Shown: piece after piece, positions 48,312 through 57,744 of the stretch
How the letters are laid out: every line of letters begins with the position of its first letter
Numbering within the stretch: the first letter of the stretch is position 1
Assembly: GCA_963749155.1 (NCBI GenBank)
Contig: CAVVLO010000002.1
Span: 416,001 to 480,000, forward strand
From: an uncultured Armatimonadia bacterium
GTDB taxonomy: Bacteria > Armatimonadota > Zipacnadia > CAVVLO01
DNA length: 64,000 bases
Direction: 5' to 3'
Notes under the pieces: model-generated
What the model saw: only the letters and a program-made list of their open reading frames with translations
What the model was told of the DNA's origin: nothing
The model's database searches: none
Translations under genes and position numbers: made by a program

Positions 48312-49877
48312 CTACCCCAGGGCCTTCTCCATCCGGTCCACCACGAAGTCCACGACGCGAGGGCAGGCGATGAGGGGGAGTTTCGTCAGCACCACGGGTG
48401 GGCAGTCGGACTTGTAGGTCTGAGCGCTCGCGTCCAGCCCCCCCTCGACCAGCCGCGCCGCGAAGCTCCGCGCCGCCTCGAGGCCCGTGAAGGCCAGCGC
48501 TCCCATATGCCGCCGCCCCTCGATGCCGACAAGCTGGTCCGGGCGCCGCGAGGCCAGCTCGCGCAGCCGCTGCTCGTAGTAATCCCCCACCCGGGCCGTC
48601 ACTTCGGCGTTTGCCTGCGTCCAGCCGAGGGTGACGAGCCAGGCCAGAGAGGCCAGTTCCTCCTGCCCGTTGGTCACCAGCGCGCCGAACTGGGGCAAGC
48701 AATCGAGCGCCGCGCTGAACAGCAACCGGGAAGCGGGATATTCTCCGCCCGGGAAACCCTTCCCCAGCGCGACCGCACTCGGCCTTAGCCCATATTCGCG
48801 GAACTGCACTAGCGCCGGGCTCCACACGCAGGACTGGATCTCATCGCACACCACAGGCACGTCGTGGGCTTCGGAGAGGGCGTAGGCGCGGTGGAGGAAC
48901 TCCTCCGACAGCAACCTGGCGCCGTAGTTCATCATTACGATCTCGTGGAAGAAAACCGCCAACTTGTAGGGAGGCTGCTCCCACCGCGCGAAGGCGGCGT
49001 CCAGGTCTTCGCTATGATTTGGCCGCACCGCCGCAACGCGCAGCAGGCCGGCCTCCTCCATCCCCCCAAGCAGCTCGGGCCACATCCCGCGCGTCGCCTG
49101 GTTCAGCACCGTAGTGCCGTGATAGTTGGCGTGGAGGGTCCCCTCATCGCTCCCCATCACAAGCACGACGGGCACGCGCCCTGCATAGGGCGGCTCGGGC
49201 TGGTCTTCCTGAGAGCGATAGAAGCGCGCCAGCGCGAGCTTCAGCGCCGCCTCGCAGGCAAGGCTCCCCGTCTCGAGGTTGAGCACCCGGTTGAGGGTGC
49301 CCAGGTCGCGCCGGCCCATTACGGCCTCGAAACCCGCCTCATCGTCCTCGGCAAGGCCGTTCGCCAGGCGCACCAGGCGCTCTTCAAGCAACCGTGTGAT
49401 ATGGCCGCGTGTGTTGTTGTGGGTCGCGTTAGGCACGCCAAGCTGACGCGCAACGTCCAGCAACTCATACCCGGGGAAGCTGTGCCCAAGCGGGGCGTGG
49501 TAGTGCTCGCTCTTGGTGATCAGCCGCAGCCGCCCGTCCTCGCTCAGCCTGAAGAAACCAAGCCCCGAAAGCGGCGCCTGCGCCTTCTTGGTGGCTTTCT
49601 CGAAGCTCTCGGTGGTCGCGCCGGAGGCGGTCTCGAGACCGGAAGTGTCGATAATCTGCTCTCCAACTCGCGGCAGTAGCGAAAGCAGTCGCTCGTGAAT
49701 TTTTACGGGGTAAAATTCGACCAGCCGAGTAGCCGCTGCCAGCAGCGCCTCGGCGTCCTCCCCCGTAAGCGCCGCGCGCGCGGCAACGACCTGGCGGATA
49801 TAGCCCTCGCCGACCAACTCGGCAAGCGACCTGCTCACGGGCACAAACTGATTTACGGGAGTTGCCACGACGTCCAC
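48312..49877 (-). CDS. Class III PLP-dependent aminotransferase
   Basis: LGH, ETGSLACEAALK, YHG, HEIV, CDEIQ and LGKGFPGG motifs. Confidence 0.85.
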   Translation of the reverse strand: MDVVATPVNQFVPVSRSLAELVGEGYIRQVVAARAALTGEDAEALLAAATRLVEFYPVKIHERLLSLLPRVGEQIIDTSGLETASGATTESFEKATKKAQAPLSGLGFFRLSEDGRLRLITKSEHYHAPLGHSFPGYELLDVARQLGVPNATHNNTRGHITRLLEERLVRLANGLAEDDEAGFEAVMGRRDLGTLNRVLNLETGSLACEAALKLALARFYRSQEDQPEPPYAGRVPVVLVMGSDEGTLHANYHGTTVLNQATRGMWPELLGGMEEAGLLRVAAVRPNHSEDLDAAFARWEQPPYKLAVFFHEIVMMNYGARLLSEEFLHRAYALSEAHDVPVVCDEIQSCVWSPALVQFREYGLRPSAVALGKGFPGGEYPASRLLFSAALDCLPQFGALVTNGQEELASLAWLVTLGWTQANAEVTARVGDYYEQRLRELASRRPDQLVGIEGRRHMGALAFTGLEAARSFAARLVEGGLDASAQTYKSDCPPVVLTKLPLIACPRVVDFVVDRMEKALG

Positions 49878-49913
49878 CTCGAATCAGAATAACTCGCAGT
49901 AAGTGTTGCTTTC

Positions 49914-49950
49914 TGTTATGAAGCATAACACCGCAATCGTCTCAAAACAA
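49914..49950 (-). promoter_or_regulatory. Promoter with overlapping palindromic operator
   Basis: Perfect TGTTATG-N3-CATAACA (49914-49930) overlapping a minus-strand TTGTTT-N17-TATGCT with TG extension. Confidence 0.55.
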
Positions 49951-49987
49951 GCCCTGTCAAGCTTCTGCGCGTTGTTAGCTTGGCACA

Positions 49988-52327
49988 CTATTTCGCACGG
50001 ATACGCACATAATCCCACTGGGTACGAGAATCGCCGTAGCCGTAGAGCATCACGCGGAAGGCTCCCGAGAGGGCCGGCTCGCGGACGCTCCACTTGCGTT
50101 CTCCGTTGGCCACCAGCGTATACTCGCAGCCGACTTTCTCGATGCGGTAAACCAGGTCGCTGCCATCGGCCTCGAGCGGCGCCCAGGGACCAGACTGGCC
50201 AACGCCGTTCGAGATGCGCCACTCCCACACGCCGCCCTGTGCCCAGCCGAATTCGAGCCGTGACTCGCCCTGAAATCCCGAGGGACTTACATAATGCTTC
50301 AGCGCGCCTGGCACGAGCAGCCAGTCCCAAACCGGCTCGCGGGGGAAGGCCTCCTCCAGCAGCAGGTTAACGATGAGGTTGCCTGACAGGCACCGCCCGC
50401 GCACCTCGATCACCGCGACATCCGCCTGGATGGCCTCTGCCATCGCAAGCCCCGCGCGCGAGTCAGGCTCGCCTTCGATCTCCAGCCAGCCCTCGGGTGT
50501 CAGACTCCACTTCGCCCCAGCAGCGGTTCCTTGCCAGCGCTTCCACCTGGCGGGGTCGAGGGTGGAAAAGTCTTCCTCGAAGACGACCGGCAGCGAATCG
50601 AAGTCGTGCTGGATGCGCTGCATCGGCAAGAGGGCCGGCTGCGAAGCCTCTCCAGCAGCTTCGATGCTTATTCCAGTCAGCCGCGCTTCTCCAACCGGGG
50701 AGGAGCCTGCTTTCATCCGAAATCCCACATAGCAAGGCCCAGTGGGCGCGGTCAGGTCGAAGGTATACTCCTTCTCCCCTTGAGCAAGCCTTTGCGAACC
50801 GCAAGGCGCGCCCGTCGCGAAGGCCTCAATCGTGCCATCACTGGAGCCACTGCAACTGGCAGTCGCCACAAGGCGATAACGTTGACCGGCTGGCAGTTCT
50901 ACGAGAGCGAGCAACTCGGCTTCAGGACTGATTTGGCCCTCTCCCCCCGCCACCAGCGCGCCGGACTCGAGCCTTCCGCTGCGCATCAAGACGCCGGGTG
51001 AGGTCGGTGTCAGTTTACAGGGCGCGGTGAAGGGACACTCCACTGGCTGCTTGTAGGTGATGCCGGGCGCCCTGTTGGCTTCCCCCGTTGTAGGCCTTAC
51101 TTCCACATTGGTGGAGCGATAACCGAACCCGTCCAGCGCCCATGCCAGGTCGGCGCGCGCCTGCGCCTTCCCGAGTAGCGCGAGGTGCAGGAAGAAGGGC
51201 CGTAGCGTCCCGGCGTGGTCGGTCAGCAGCGAGCCGGAGCCGGGCCGGTAGGTCTGCCAGATATAGCCTGCGCAGCCGGCGGAGCGCTGGGCGAGGTCGG
51301 CGCCGAAGACGGCCTGCTCCGCGATGGTGGCGCCATCGCCGCAGACATAGCCCAGGTCGCCTGGATCGGTGTCCTGGACGAACCACTCCGAGATGACCAC
51401 CGGCAACCCTGTCGCGCGGTGGCCGGCTTCCATCAGGTCAAAATACGCGGTGTCATAGGCGCCGGGATAAATATTGATACCGAGGAAGTCCAGCCCCTCC
51501 TTCGGCGCATAGCTCCAGTCGGCAAGCAGCCCGGGGAAGAGACGCATCCCAAGCAGCGGCTGTGTGATACCCGCCTGGTCCCGGATGATACCTGAGGCGA
51601 TGCGTCCCCAGTCCTGCAGCCACTTGCGGACGAAAGCGTCCAGGCCTGCTTTGGCGCCAGCGTTGAGGTTGTCGTCCTCGAAGTCGGCAAATAGCTCTGT
51701 TAACATATCGCGCTCGAAAGCATCCCAGGTGGAGAAGCTGTAGTTATAACTACCTCCTTCACTCCACGCCGTGTTGAGGGCCGCGAGGGTCTGATACTGC
51801 TCTTCAGCAAACCGGCGCCCTTCGGCCAGGGTCGAGGGGGTATTGAGACAAAAATCAGGGCCTGTCCACGCGGCATAACTGTGGTAGACCTCAGGTTCGT
51901 TGTTCAACCACAGGATGGCGACGTTGGAGAAGTCTCCCCCAAGCCGCTGCTTCAGGTCCAGCAGGCTGGCGAGAAAGGCCTGCTGCCACTCGGGATTGTA
52001 AAAATCCGGCACCCGCGCTGGCCCAGGCCCCGGCCAGTCGTAGTGGTCCGAGCTGGCCGATCCATCATAAAATCGCGCGGGAATATCAATTGCCGGGACG
52101 AAGACGGCGACCTCCAAGCCGTATCGCCTGGCTGCCAGCACACACCGCGCGACCTCCTCAGGGCGGTTGGGCCACCAGTGCACGCAGTTGAAGCCCAGGT
52201 ATTTCGCCACCGGCAGCAAGTCGAGTTGTCCGAGTTCGAGTGTCACGCCCTGAAAAGGAACGGCGGCAACAGGCCAGGCGAGTCCCAGTGCCAGGCAAAC
52301 GCAAAGGATTCCCAATACCAGTCTCAT
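49988..52327 (-). CDS. Secreted clan GH-A-like glycoside hydrolase with C-terminal beta-sandwich modules
   Basis: Signal peptide; WLNNEP and VISEW motifs; YQTLAALNTAW segment; C-terminal FEEDFSTLDPARW LamG-like domain. Confidence 0.62.
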   Translation of the reverse strand: MRLVLGILCVCLALGLAWPVAAVPFQGVTLELGQLDLLPVAKYLGFNCVHWWPNRPEEVARCVLAARRYGLEVAVFVPAIDIPARFYDGSASSDHYDWPGPGPARVPDFYNPEWQQAFLASLLDLKQRLGGDFSNVAILWLNNEPEVYHSYAAWTGPDFCLNTPSTLAEGRRFAEEQYQTLAALNTAWSEGGSYNYSFSTWDAFERDMLTELFADFEDDNLNAGAKAGLDAFVRKWLQDWGRIASGIIRDQAGITQPLLGMRLFPGLLADWSYAPKEGLDFLGINIYPGAYDTAYFDLMEAGHRATGLPVVISEWFVQDTDPGDLGYVCGDGATIAEQAVFGADLAQRSAGCAGYIWQTYRPGSGSLLTDHAGTLRPFFLHLALLGKAQARADLAWALDGFGYRSTNVEVRPTTGEANRAPGITYKQPVECPFTAPCKLTPTSPGVLMRSGRLESGALVAGGEGQISPEAELLALVELPAGQRYRLVATASCSGSSDGTIEAFATGAPCGSQRLAQGEKEYTFDLTAPTGPCYVGFRMKAGSSPVGEARLTGISIEAAGEASQPALLPMQRIQHDFDSLPVVFEEDFSTLDPARWKRWQGTAAGAKWSLTPEGWLEIEGEPDSRAGLAMAEAIQADVAVIEVRGRCLSGNLIVNLLLEEAFPREPVWDWLLVPGALKHYVSPSGFQGESRLEFGWAQGGVWEWRISNGVGQSGPWAPLEADGSDLVYRIEKVGCEYTLVANGERKWSVREPALSGAFRVMLYGYGDSRTQWDYVRIRAK

Positions 52328-52359
52328 CGGCTTCTCCTCTCGAACAAGCTGAAATCTAG

Positions 52360-52420
52360 TTCGACTTATCGTGCTCCAGGCCTTGCTTCCCTCGCAGGGA
52401 AGCTCAAGCCGAAGGCGAAT
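52360..52420. promoter_or_regulatory. Back-to-back sigma-H/ECF-like promoters
   Basis: Minus: CAAGGC-N16-CGAA (52385-52360). Plus: GCAGGG-N16-CGAAT (52394-52420). Confidence 0.55.
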
Positions 52421-52431
52421 TTCGTTTTCCT

Positions 52432-54543
52432 ATGAGAACGTTTGTACTGATGCTTATGGTGCTAGTGCCTCTTCTCCATCGCAATGGAAGCTCCGAGCCG
52501 CTTATCGAGTGGCAAGAACCGCCCCTGCCTTCAGGTGGGGCACGGGGCGCCTGCGCGCTGGCCGACGGCACGGTGCTGGATGCCCGTCCAGAGCACCTGG
52601 AGGGCGGCACCTCACTGGTCTGCTATTCTACCGCTGACCTTGGCGCCACCTGGCAACGACTGGGCGTCATCGCGAGGACTGACGACCCCCAGGGCGACCT
52701 CGGAGACCTCTGCCTGCTGGCCTTGAGAGACGGCCGGGTGCTCTGCAGCTACCGCGACAACCACTACCGGGGCGAAGCTGAGAAGGCGCCGAGTTATGCA
52801 ATCCGCATCGCCGAGAGCGCCGATCACGGGCAGACCTGGCAGCCGCACTCGACTGTGATGGAAGTAAGCCCCCCTCCGGGAATCTTCAGTCAGGGGCTTT
52901 GGTCGTCCTTCCTGCTGGAGACCGACTCCGGCGCCTTGCAATGTTACTATGATGACGAGTATACCCCCACCGCGCAGGGCTTCCCTGGCCATCAGTGGCT
53001 AGAGCTGAAAACCTGGGAGGCCGAGGCCGGGACCTGGGGCAACCAGGTCACCGTCAGCCGCGCCCACGACCCCGCGCTGCTCTCGCGCGATGGCGTGGCA
53101 AGCGTCGTCGAGCTCTATCCCAGGCAACTCGTCTGCGTGCTGGAAAGTGTAAATCCCGACCTGCCGCGCAAGGGTGTTATCCGGGCCGTAACCTCAAGTG
53201 ATGGTGGCGCCACCTGGAGCTGGCAGCAGAGTGAGCGACCAATTGTTTATGCCCCGCGGGATGCCAACTATGCGGCCTTCGTGCCCTGGCTGACGAGACT
53301 TGCGGACGGCACGCTCCTCTGCACCTTCGTGACCGATGAGGACAACGGCCAGCCGGTGCCGTCAGGCTCGCGAGCGCGCGACCATCAACTGGACGTGAAG
53401 TACGTCACCAGCACCGACAACGGCACCACCTGGTCGCCTGAGGCCGCGATCGCTGACAACTCGACTCACCAGGCTTACATCCCCTCGCTGCTTGCTTTCG
53501 GAGAGGGCACCCGCCAGCAGTTGCTGCTACTTTGGGTAGACTTCAAGCTTGGCCTCGTATGCAAGCGCGGCGCGGTGGAGGTCCCGGTCTTCCATAATGT
53601 ACCGCCTGTAAATCCTGCCTATCCACCCGTCCCGCCCGAGGAGCGTCTGGTCGGCCTTGCCTATAGCACCTGGTTCCGAAGCGCTGACTGGCATAACGTC
53701 TGGGGGACGCCCGAGCTTGGCTACTATGCCTCCGACGACCGCGCCGTAATCCGCAAGCACGCCGAGTGGATCGCCGATGCGGGCGTGGATTTCATCTGGG
53801 TAGACTGGTCCAACAATGTGAATTATATATATGGCGAAACCCAGGGCCGGCCGGACTTCGATATGATCGAGAACTCAACGATTGCAATCTTCGAGGAGTT
53901 CTCCAGCCTGGCCAGGCACCCGAAGATTAGCATCTTCATTGGGTGCCCCGGCGAGCCAGAGGCCCTGACCGACGGGCGGCTGCAGCGCAAGGCCGACCAG
54001 GTGTATGACCAGTTCATCGCCAACCCACGGTTTGCCCCGCTGTATCAGACCTACCTGGGCAAGCCGCTGCTGGTCGTGTATCTCGGCACCCCGACATCCT
54101 TCCAGACCGGCGTCCCCGAGTGGAGGGATGAGCGCTTTACCGTACGTTATATGACAGGTTTCATCACCCAGCAGGGCAATCTGCGTAACGCGGACCTGGT
54201 AGGCAAGTATGGCTACTGGTCCTGGGAGGACCGCGATGCGCCAAGTTATGCAGTATATGAAGGCCAGCCCGAGGAGATGACCCTCGTTGCCGCCTGGCGG
54301 CCTGAGCCGACCGTCAGACCCGCCACCCGCAGAGGGGGCGAGACCTTCCGTGCCCAGTGGGAGCGCGCCCGCCTTGTCGGCCCCAGGTTCGCGATGGTAG
54401 TGTCGTGGAACGAGTGGACATGCGGCGAACAGCCCAGCGTCGAACTCAGCAAGGATCTCGAGCCTTCTCTCGAGTGGGGCCATCTCTACCTTGACCTGCT
54501 TAAGGAAGAAATTGCCAAGTTCAAGCAACCTCTTGCCAAGTGA
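52432..54543 (+). CDS. BNR/Asp-box beta-propeller (sialidase-like) fused to a GH99-like domain
   Basis: Asp boxes TADLGATW, SADHGQTW, SSDGGATW, STDNGTTW; C-half GYYASDD...RKHA...DAGVD, SWNEW and SKDLEP. Confidence 0.75.
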   Translation: MRTFVLMLMVLVPLLHRNGSSEPLIEWQEPPLPSGGARGACALADGTVLDARPEHLEGGTSLVCYSTADLGATWQRLGVIARTDDPQGDLGDLCLLALRDGRVLCSYRDNHYRGEAEKAPSYAIRIAESADHGQTWQPHSTVMEVSPPPGIFSQGLWSSFLLETDSGALQCYYDDEYTPTAQGFPGHQWLELKTWEAEAGTWGNQVTVSRAHDPALLSRDGVASVVELYPRQLVCVLESVNPDLPRKGVIRAVTSSDGGATWSWQQSERPIVYAPRDANYAAFVPWLTRLADGTLLCTFVTDEDNGQPVPSGSRARDHQLDVKYVTSTDNGTTWSPEAAIADNSTHQAYIPSLLAFGEGTRQQLLLLWVDFKLGLVCKRGAVEVPVFHNVPPVNPAYPPVPPEERLVGLAYSTWFRSADWHNVWGTPELGYYASDDRAVIRKHAEWIADAGVDFIWVDWSNNVNYIYGETQGRPDFDMIENSTIAIFEEFSSLARHPKISIFIGCPGEPEALTDGRLQRKADQVYDQFIANPRFAPLYQTYLGKPLLVVYLGTPTSFQTGVPEWRDERFTVRYMTGFITQQGNLRNADLVGKYGYWSWEDRDAPSYAVYEGQPEEMTLVAAWRPEPTVRPATRRGGETFRAQWERARLVGPRFAMVVSWNEWTCGEQPSVELSKDLEPSLEWGHLYLDLLKEEIAKFKQPLAK

Positions 54544-54550
54544 GAAATAT

Positions 54551-55204
54551 ATGCCCGCCAGGCCTGTCTGGGCGCCAAAAGTGTCACGCGAAAAGCTTCG
54601 CCTGCTTTACGAGTCGGAAGCAGAGGGCAGGCTTGATGATGGCCTGCTTGATGATGTCTATGTGACACTCTACCTGCGCTGCCAGAGCATCTTGCAGGTG
54701 ACCGAGGCAGCCGAAGGGCATGTTACCTGTCCCGAATGTGGAGAGCGGTTCGAACGCACCGAACGTAAATATGGCAAGCAGCGGCGCGATGAACTGCTGA
54801 CCTGCCCGGGTTGTGGGTGGCAGACCGACTGGGAGACGTTTCACCGCAGTTATGAGGGCAAGCAGCTTGTCGGCGCGAACGCCTTGCCAGCGGTTGCAGT
54901 CTTTGTGGAGGGATTCGAGAAGGTACGTAAGCCTGAGCAGCGGCTACTGGCGATAGACAGGCTGGTGCACGCCTTCCACAACCAGCTGCGCGAGCAGCCG
55001 AACAGGCCGCTCGCAGTGAACCTGATCGAGGGCAGCCTGCAGCAGGTCGTGGCACTGATTTTGGGGCTTGCTTATGGAGGAACGACCGCGACCGAACGCG
55101 GCGAGGACGACTGGCGCGAGCGCCTTCGCGCTTCCTGTGTGGCGCGCCAGGTGGAAGAGCTAAACGACAAGGAAGAATCCGGGGCACAGCCCCGCAAGGA
55201 GTGA
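54551..55204 (+). CDS. Hypothetical zinc-ribbon protein
   Basis: CPECG...CPGCG pair; tightly packed in the operon. Confidence 0.7.
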   Translation: MPARPVWAPKVSREKLRLLYESEAEGRLDDGLLDDVYVTLYLRCQSILQVTEAAEGHVTCPECGERFERTERKYGKQRRDELLTCPGCGWQTDWETFHRSYEGKQLVGANALPAVAVFVEGFEKVRKPEQRLLAIDRLVHAFHNQLREQPNRPLAVNLIEGSLQQVVALILGLAYGGTTATERGEDDWRERLRASCVARQVEELNDKEESGAQPRKE

Positions 55205-55208
55205 CAAG

Positions 55209-57744
55209 ATGAGCAAGGACCCCGAGCGCAAGGCGCTCTATATCGTGCCTCATACCCACTGGGAGGGGGCGGTATTCCAGACCCGCGAGCAGTATCTGGG
55301 CATCGGCCTGCCCATCATCCTGCAGGCGCTGGCGGCGCTGAAGGAGCATCCCACCTTTCGCTTCGCACTGGACCAGATGTGCTATGTCAAGCCCTTCCTC
55401 GAGCGCTATCCAGAGCACATGCGCCACCTTCCGCCAACTTGTTGAAGAAGGTCGGCTGGGGCTGGTCGGCGGCACTGACACGATGCTTGACGTGAATATG
55501 CCGGGCGGGGAGTCCTTCGCGCGTCAGGCGCTCTTCGGCAAGCGGTTCTTCCGCGACAAATTGGGCGTGGACATCAAGATTGGCTGGCAGCTCGATACCT
55601 TCGGCCACAACGCCCAGATGCCTCAGCTCCTCAAGCAAGCAGGCTTCGAGCACTTCTGGTTCTTCCGCGGTGTGCCAGGCTGGGAGACCACCACCGAGTT
55701 GCTGTGGGAGGGCCTCGACGGCACTCAGATAAAGGCCAACTGGCTGGCCCAGGGCTATGCGATTGGCTACGGGGCGCCTCACACTCTGGAAGAGTTCATC
55801 AAGTTCGTCGACGCGCGCGAGGACTTGCTCTCCCAGAATACTCGCAGCAATTTCTTGCTGGCCGCGGCGGGCGCTGACGTGTGCGAGCCCGAGCCTCATC
55901 TGGCTGACCTGGTCGCCCAGTATAACGCCCGGCCCGATCGCAGGATGGACGTCTATCTCGTCACGCCGCAAGAGTTCGAGACCCTGACGGCCGACGTCGA
56001 ACGCGAAGTGCTGAAGGGCGAGCTCAATCCTGTCTTCCAGGGCATCTACAGCAGTCGCATCCGCCTGAAGCAGTGGACGCGCGCACTGGAACAGACCTTG
56101 CTGACAGGCGAGAAGCTTGGTGTGCTGCTGGATGTTGCAGGCCTCCACACCTGCGATGCGCCACTGGAAGCCGCCTGGGAGCCGATGCTTTTCAACCAGG
56201 CCCATGACCTGATGTCCGGCGTGATGACCGACCAGGTTTGGGAGGACGCAATCCGGGCTTTCGACTTTGGCAAACAGGTCGCAGGTGAGCAGCTCGCTGA
56301 CCGACTAAGGGCTTACTGCGACAAGGTAGACACCAGGGGCGAAGGCACGCCAGTCGTGGTTTTTAACGCCCTCTCCTGGGCCCGCACCGACATCGTTCGG
56401 GCCAGGGTTGGCTTCAGCCAGACCGGCTATCAGGGAGTGAAGGTGCTGGATCCGGATGGCGAAGAGCTGCCGGCACAGATTGTCTCGGTGCGCAGGCATC
56501 TGGACGGGTCACTGCTGGAGGTCGAGGTCGCCTTCCTGGCCAAGGATGTACCGGCACTCGGCCATAGCCTCTACCGCATCTTGCCCACCCTTGAGCCAGT
56601 GGGCCTGGGCAAGACGACCGATAACCTCGCCGATGCGGTGCTTGAGAATACGCTCCTGCGCGCCGAGGTGGCCGCAGGCGCCCTGCGCAGCCTCAAGCTC
56701 AAGAGCTCGGATTGGGAGGCTCTCTCGGGACCTGCCAACGTTATCATCAAGGAGGACGACCACGGCGATCTGTGGGAGCCTTACAAGCCTCTTGACGGCG
56801 GCAGTCGCATCGCGATGACGGAGCAGCATCCTGCTCCCCCGCGCGCCACTTCTACCTACAGCGACGAGAGCCCACTGGAAGGCGTCCAGCTCACCACGGG
56901 GCCAGTTTTCACCGAATTCTCCTTCGAACAACCTTTTGGGCAGGAGGAGCGCCTCAAGCTCACCTTGCGCCTCTTCGAGGGTCTGCCGCGCCTTGAGTGC
57001 CACACCGAACTGCTGAACAACAGCAAATTCGTGCGGTATCGGGCCAGCTTCCCCACCTCGATTACGGCTGGGACGAACACGCAGGAGATCCCCTACGGGG
57101 CCATTGAACGGCCGGTGGGCGTCGAGTATCCCGCCCAGAACTGGCTCGACTGGAGCGATGAGAGCCATGGCGTGGCGTTGCTCAACCGAGGCTTGCCAGG
57201 CAACAATGTCGCGGACGGCAACCTGCTGCTCTCACTCGCTCGCACGACCGCCATCGTGGCCTACGGGTTTGGTGGCGGTTACGAACCGGGGATGAGCTCC
57301 GATTCCGGCTTTGAACTCGGTCAGCAACTGGCTTTCGACTACGCGCTGGCGCCGCACGAGGGCGACTGGCGCGAAGCGCAGCTCTGGCGGCAGGGGCTGG
57401 AGTTCAACACCCCGCTGATCGCCCTGACCGCGGCCGTCCACGAGGGGCCGCTGCCCGCCGTGTGGGGCCTGCTCAAGATCAGCGCTGCCAACGTGGTGGT
57501 CTCGAGCCTCAAGCGCAGCCAGGAGAACGACTTCGTCTTGCGCCTCTATGAGGCCGCCGGTCAGCCCGCCGAGCAGGTGGAAATCAGTCTGCCCCACGGC
57601 ATATATCGCGCCTTCGAGAGCAACCTGATAGAAGATTGCGGGGCTGCGTTGCATGTCGAGGGCGGCAAGCTCACCCTCAGCCTGCGCCCCTTCGAAGTAA
57701 AGACCATCCGGCTTGCTCAGCCCAGGGAGGATCGCTCAGAATGA
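55209..57744 (+). CDS. GH38 alpha-mannosidase-like (frameshift near 55421)
   Basis: VPHTHWE, GESFARQ, WQLDTFGH, NQAHD, VFNALSW and LRLYE motifs. Confidence 0.88.
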
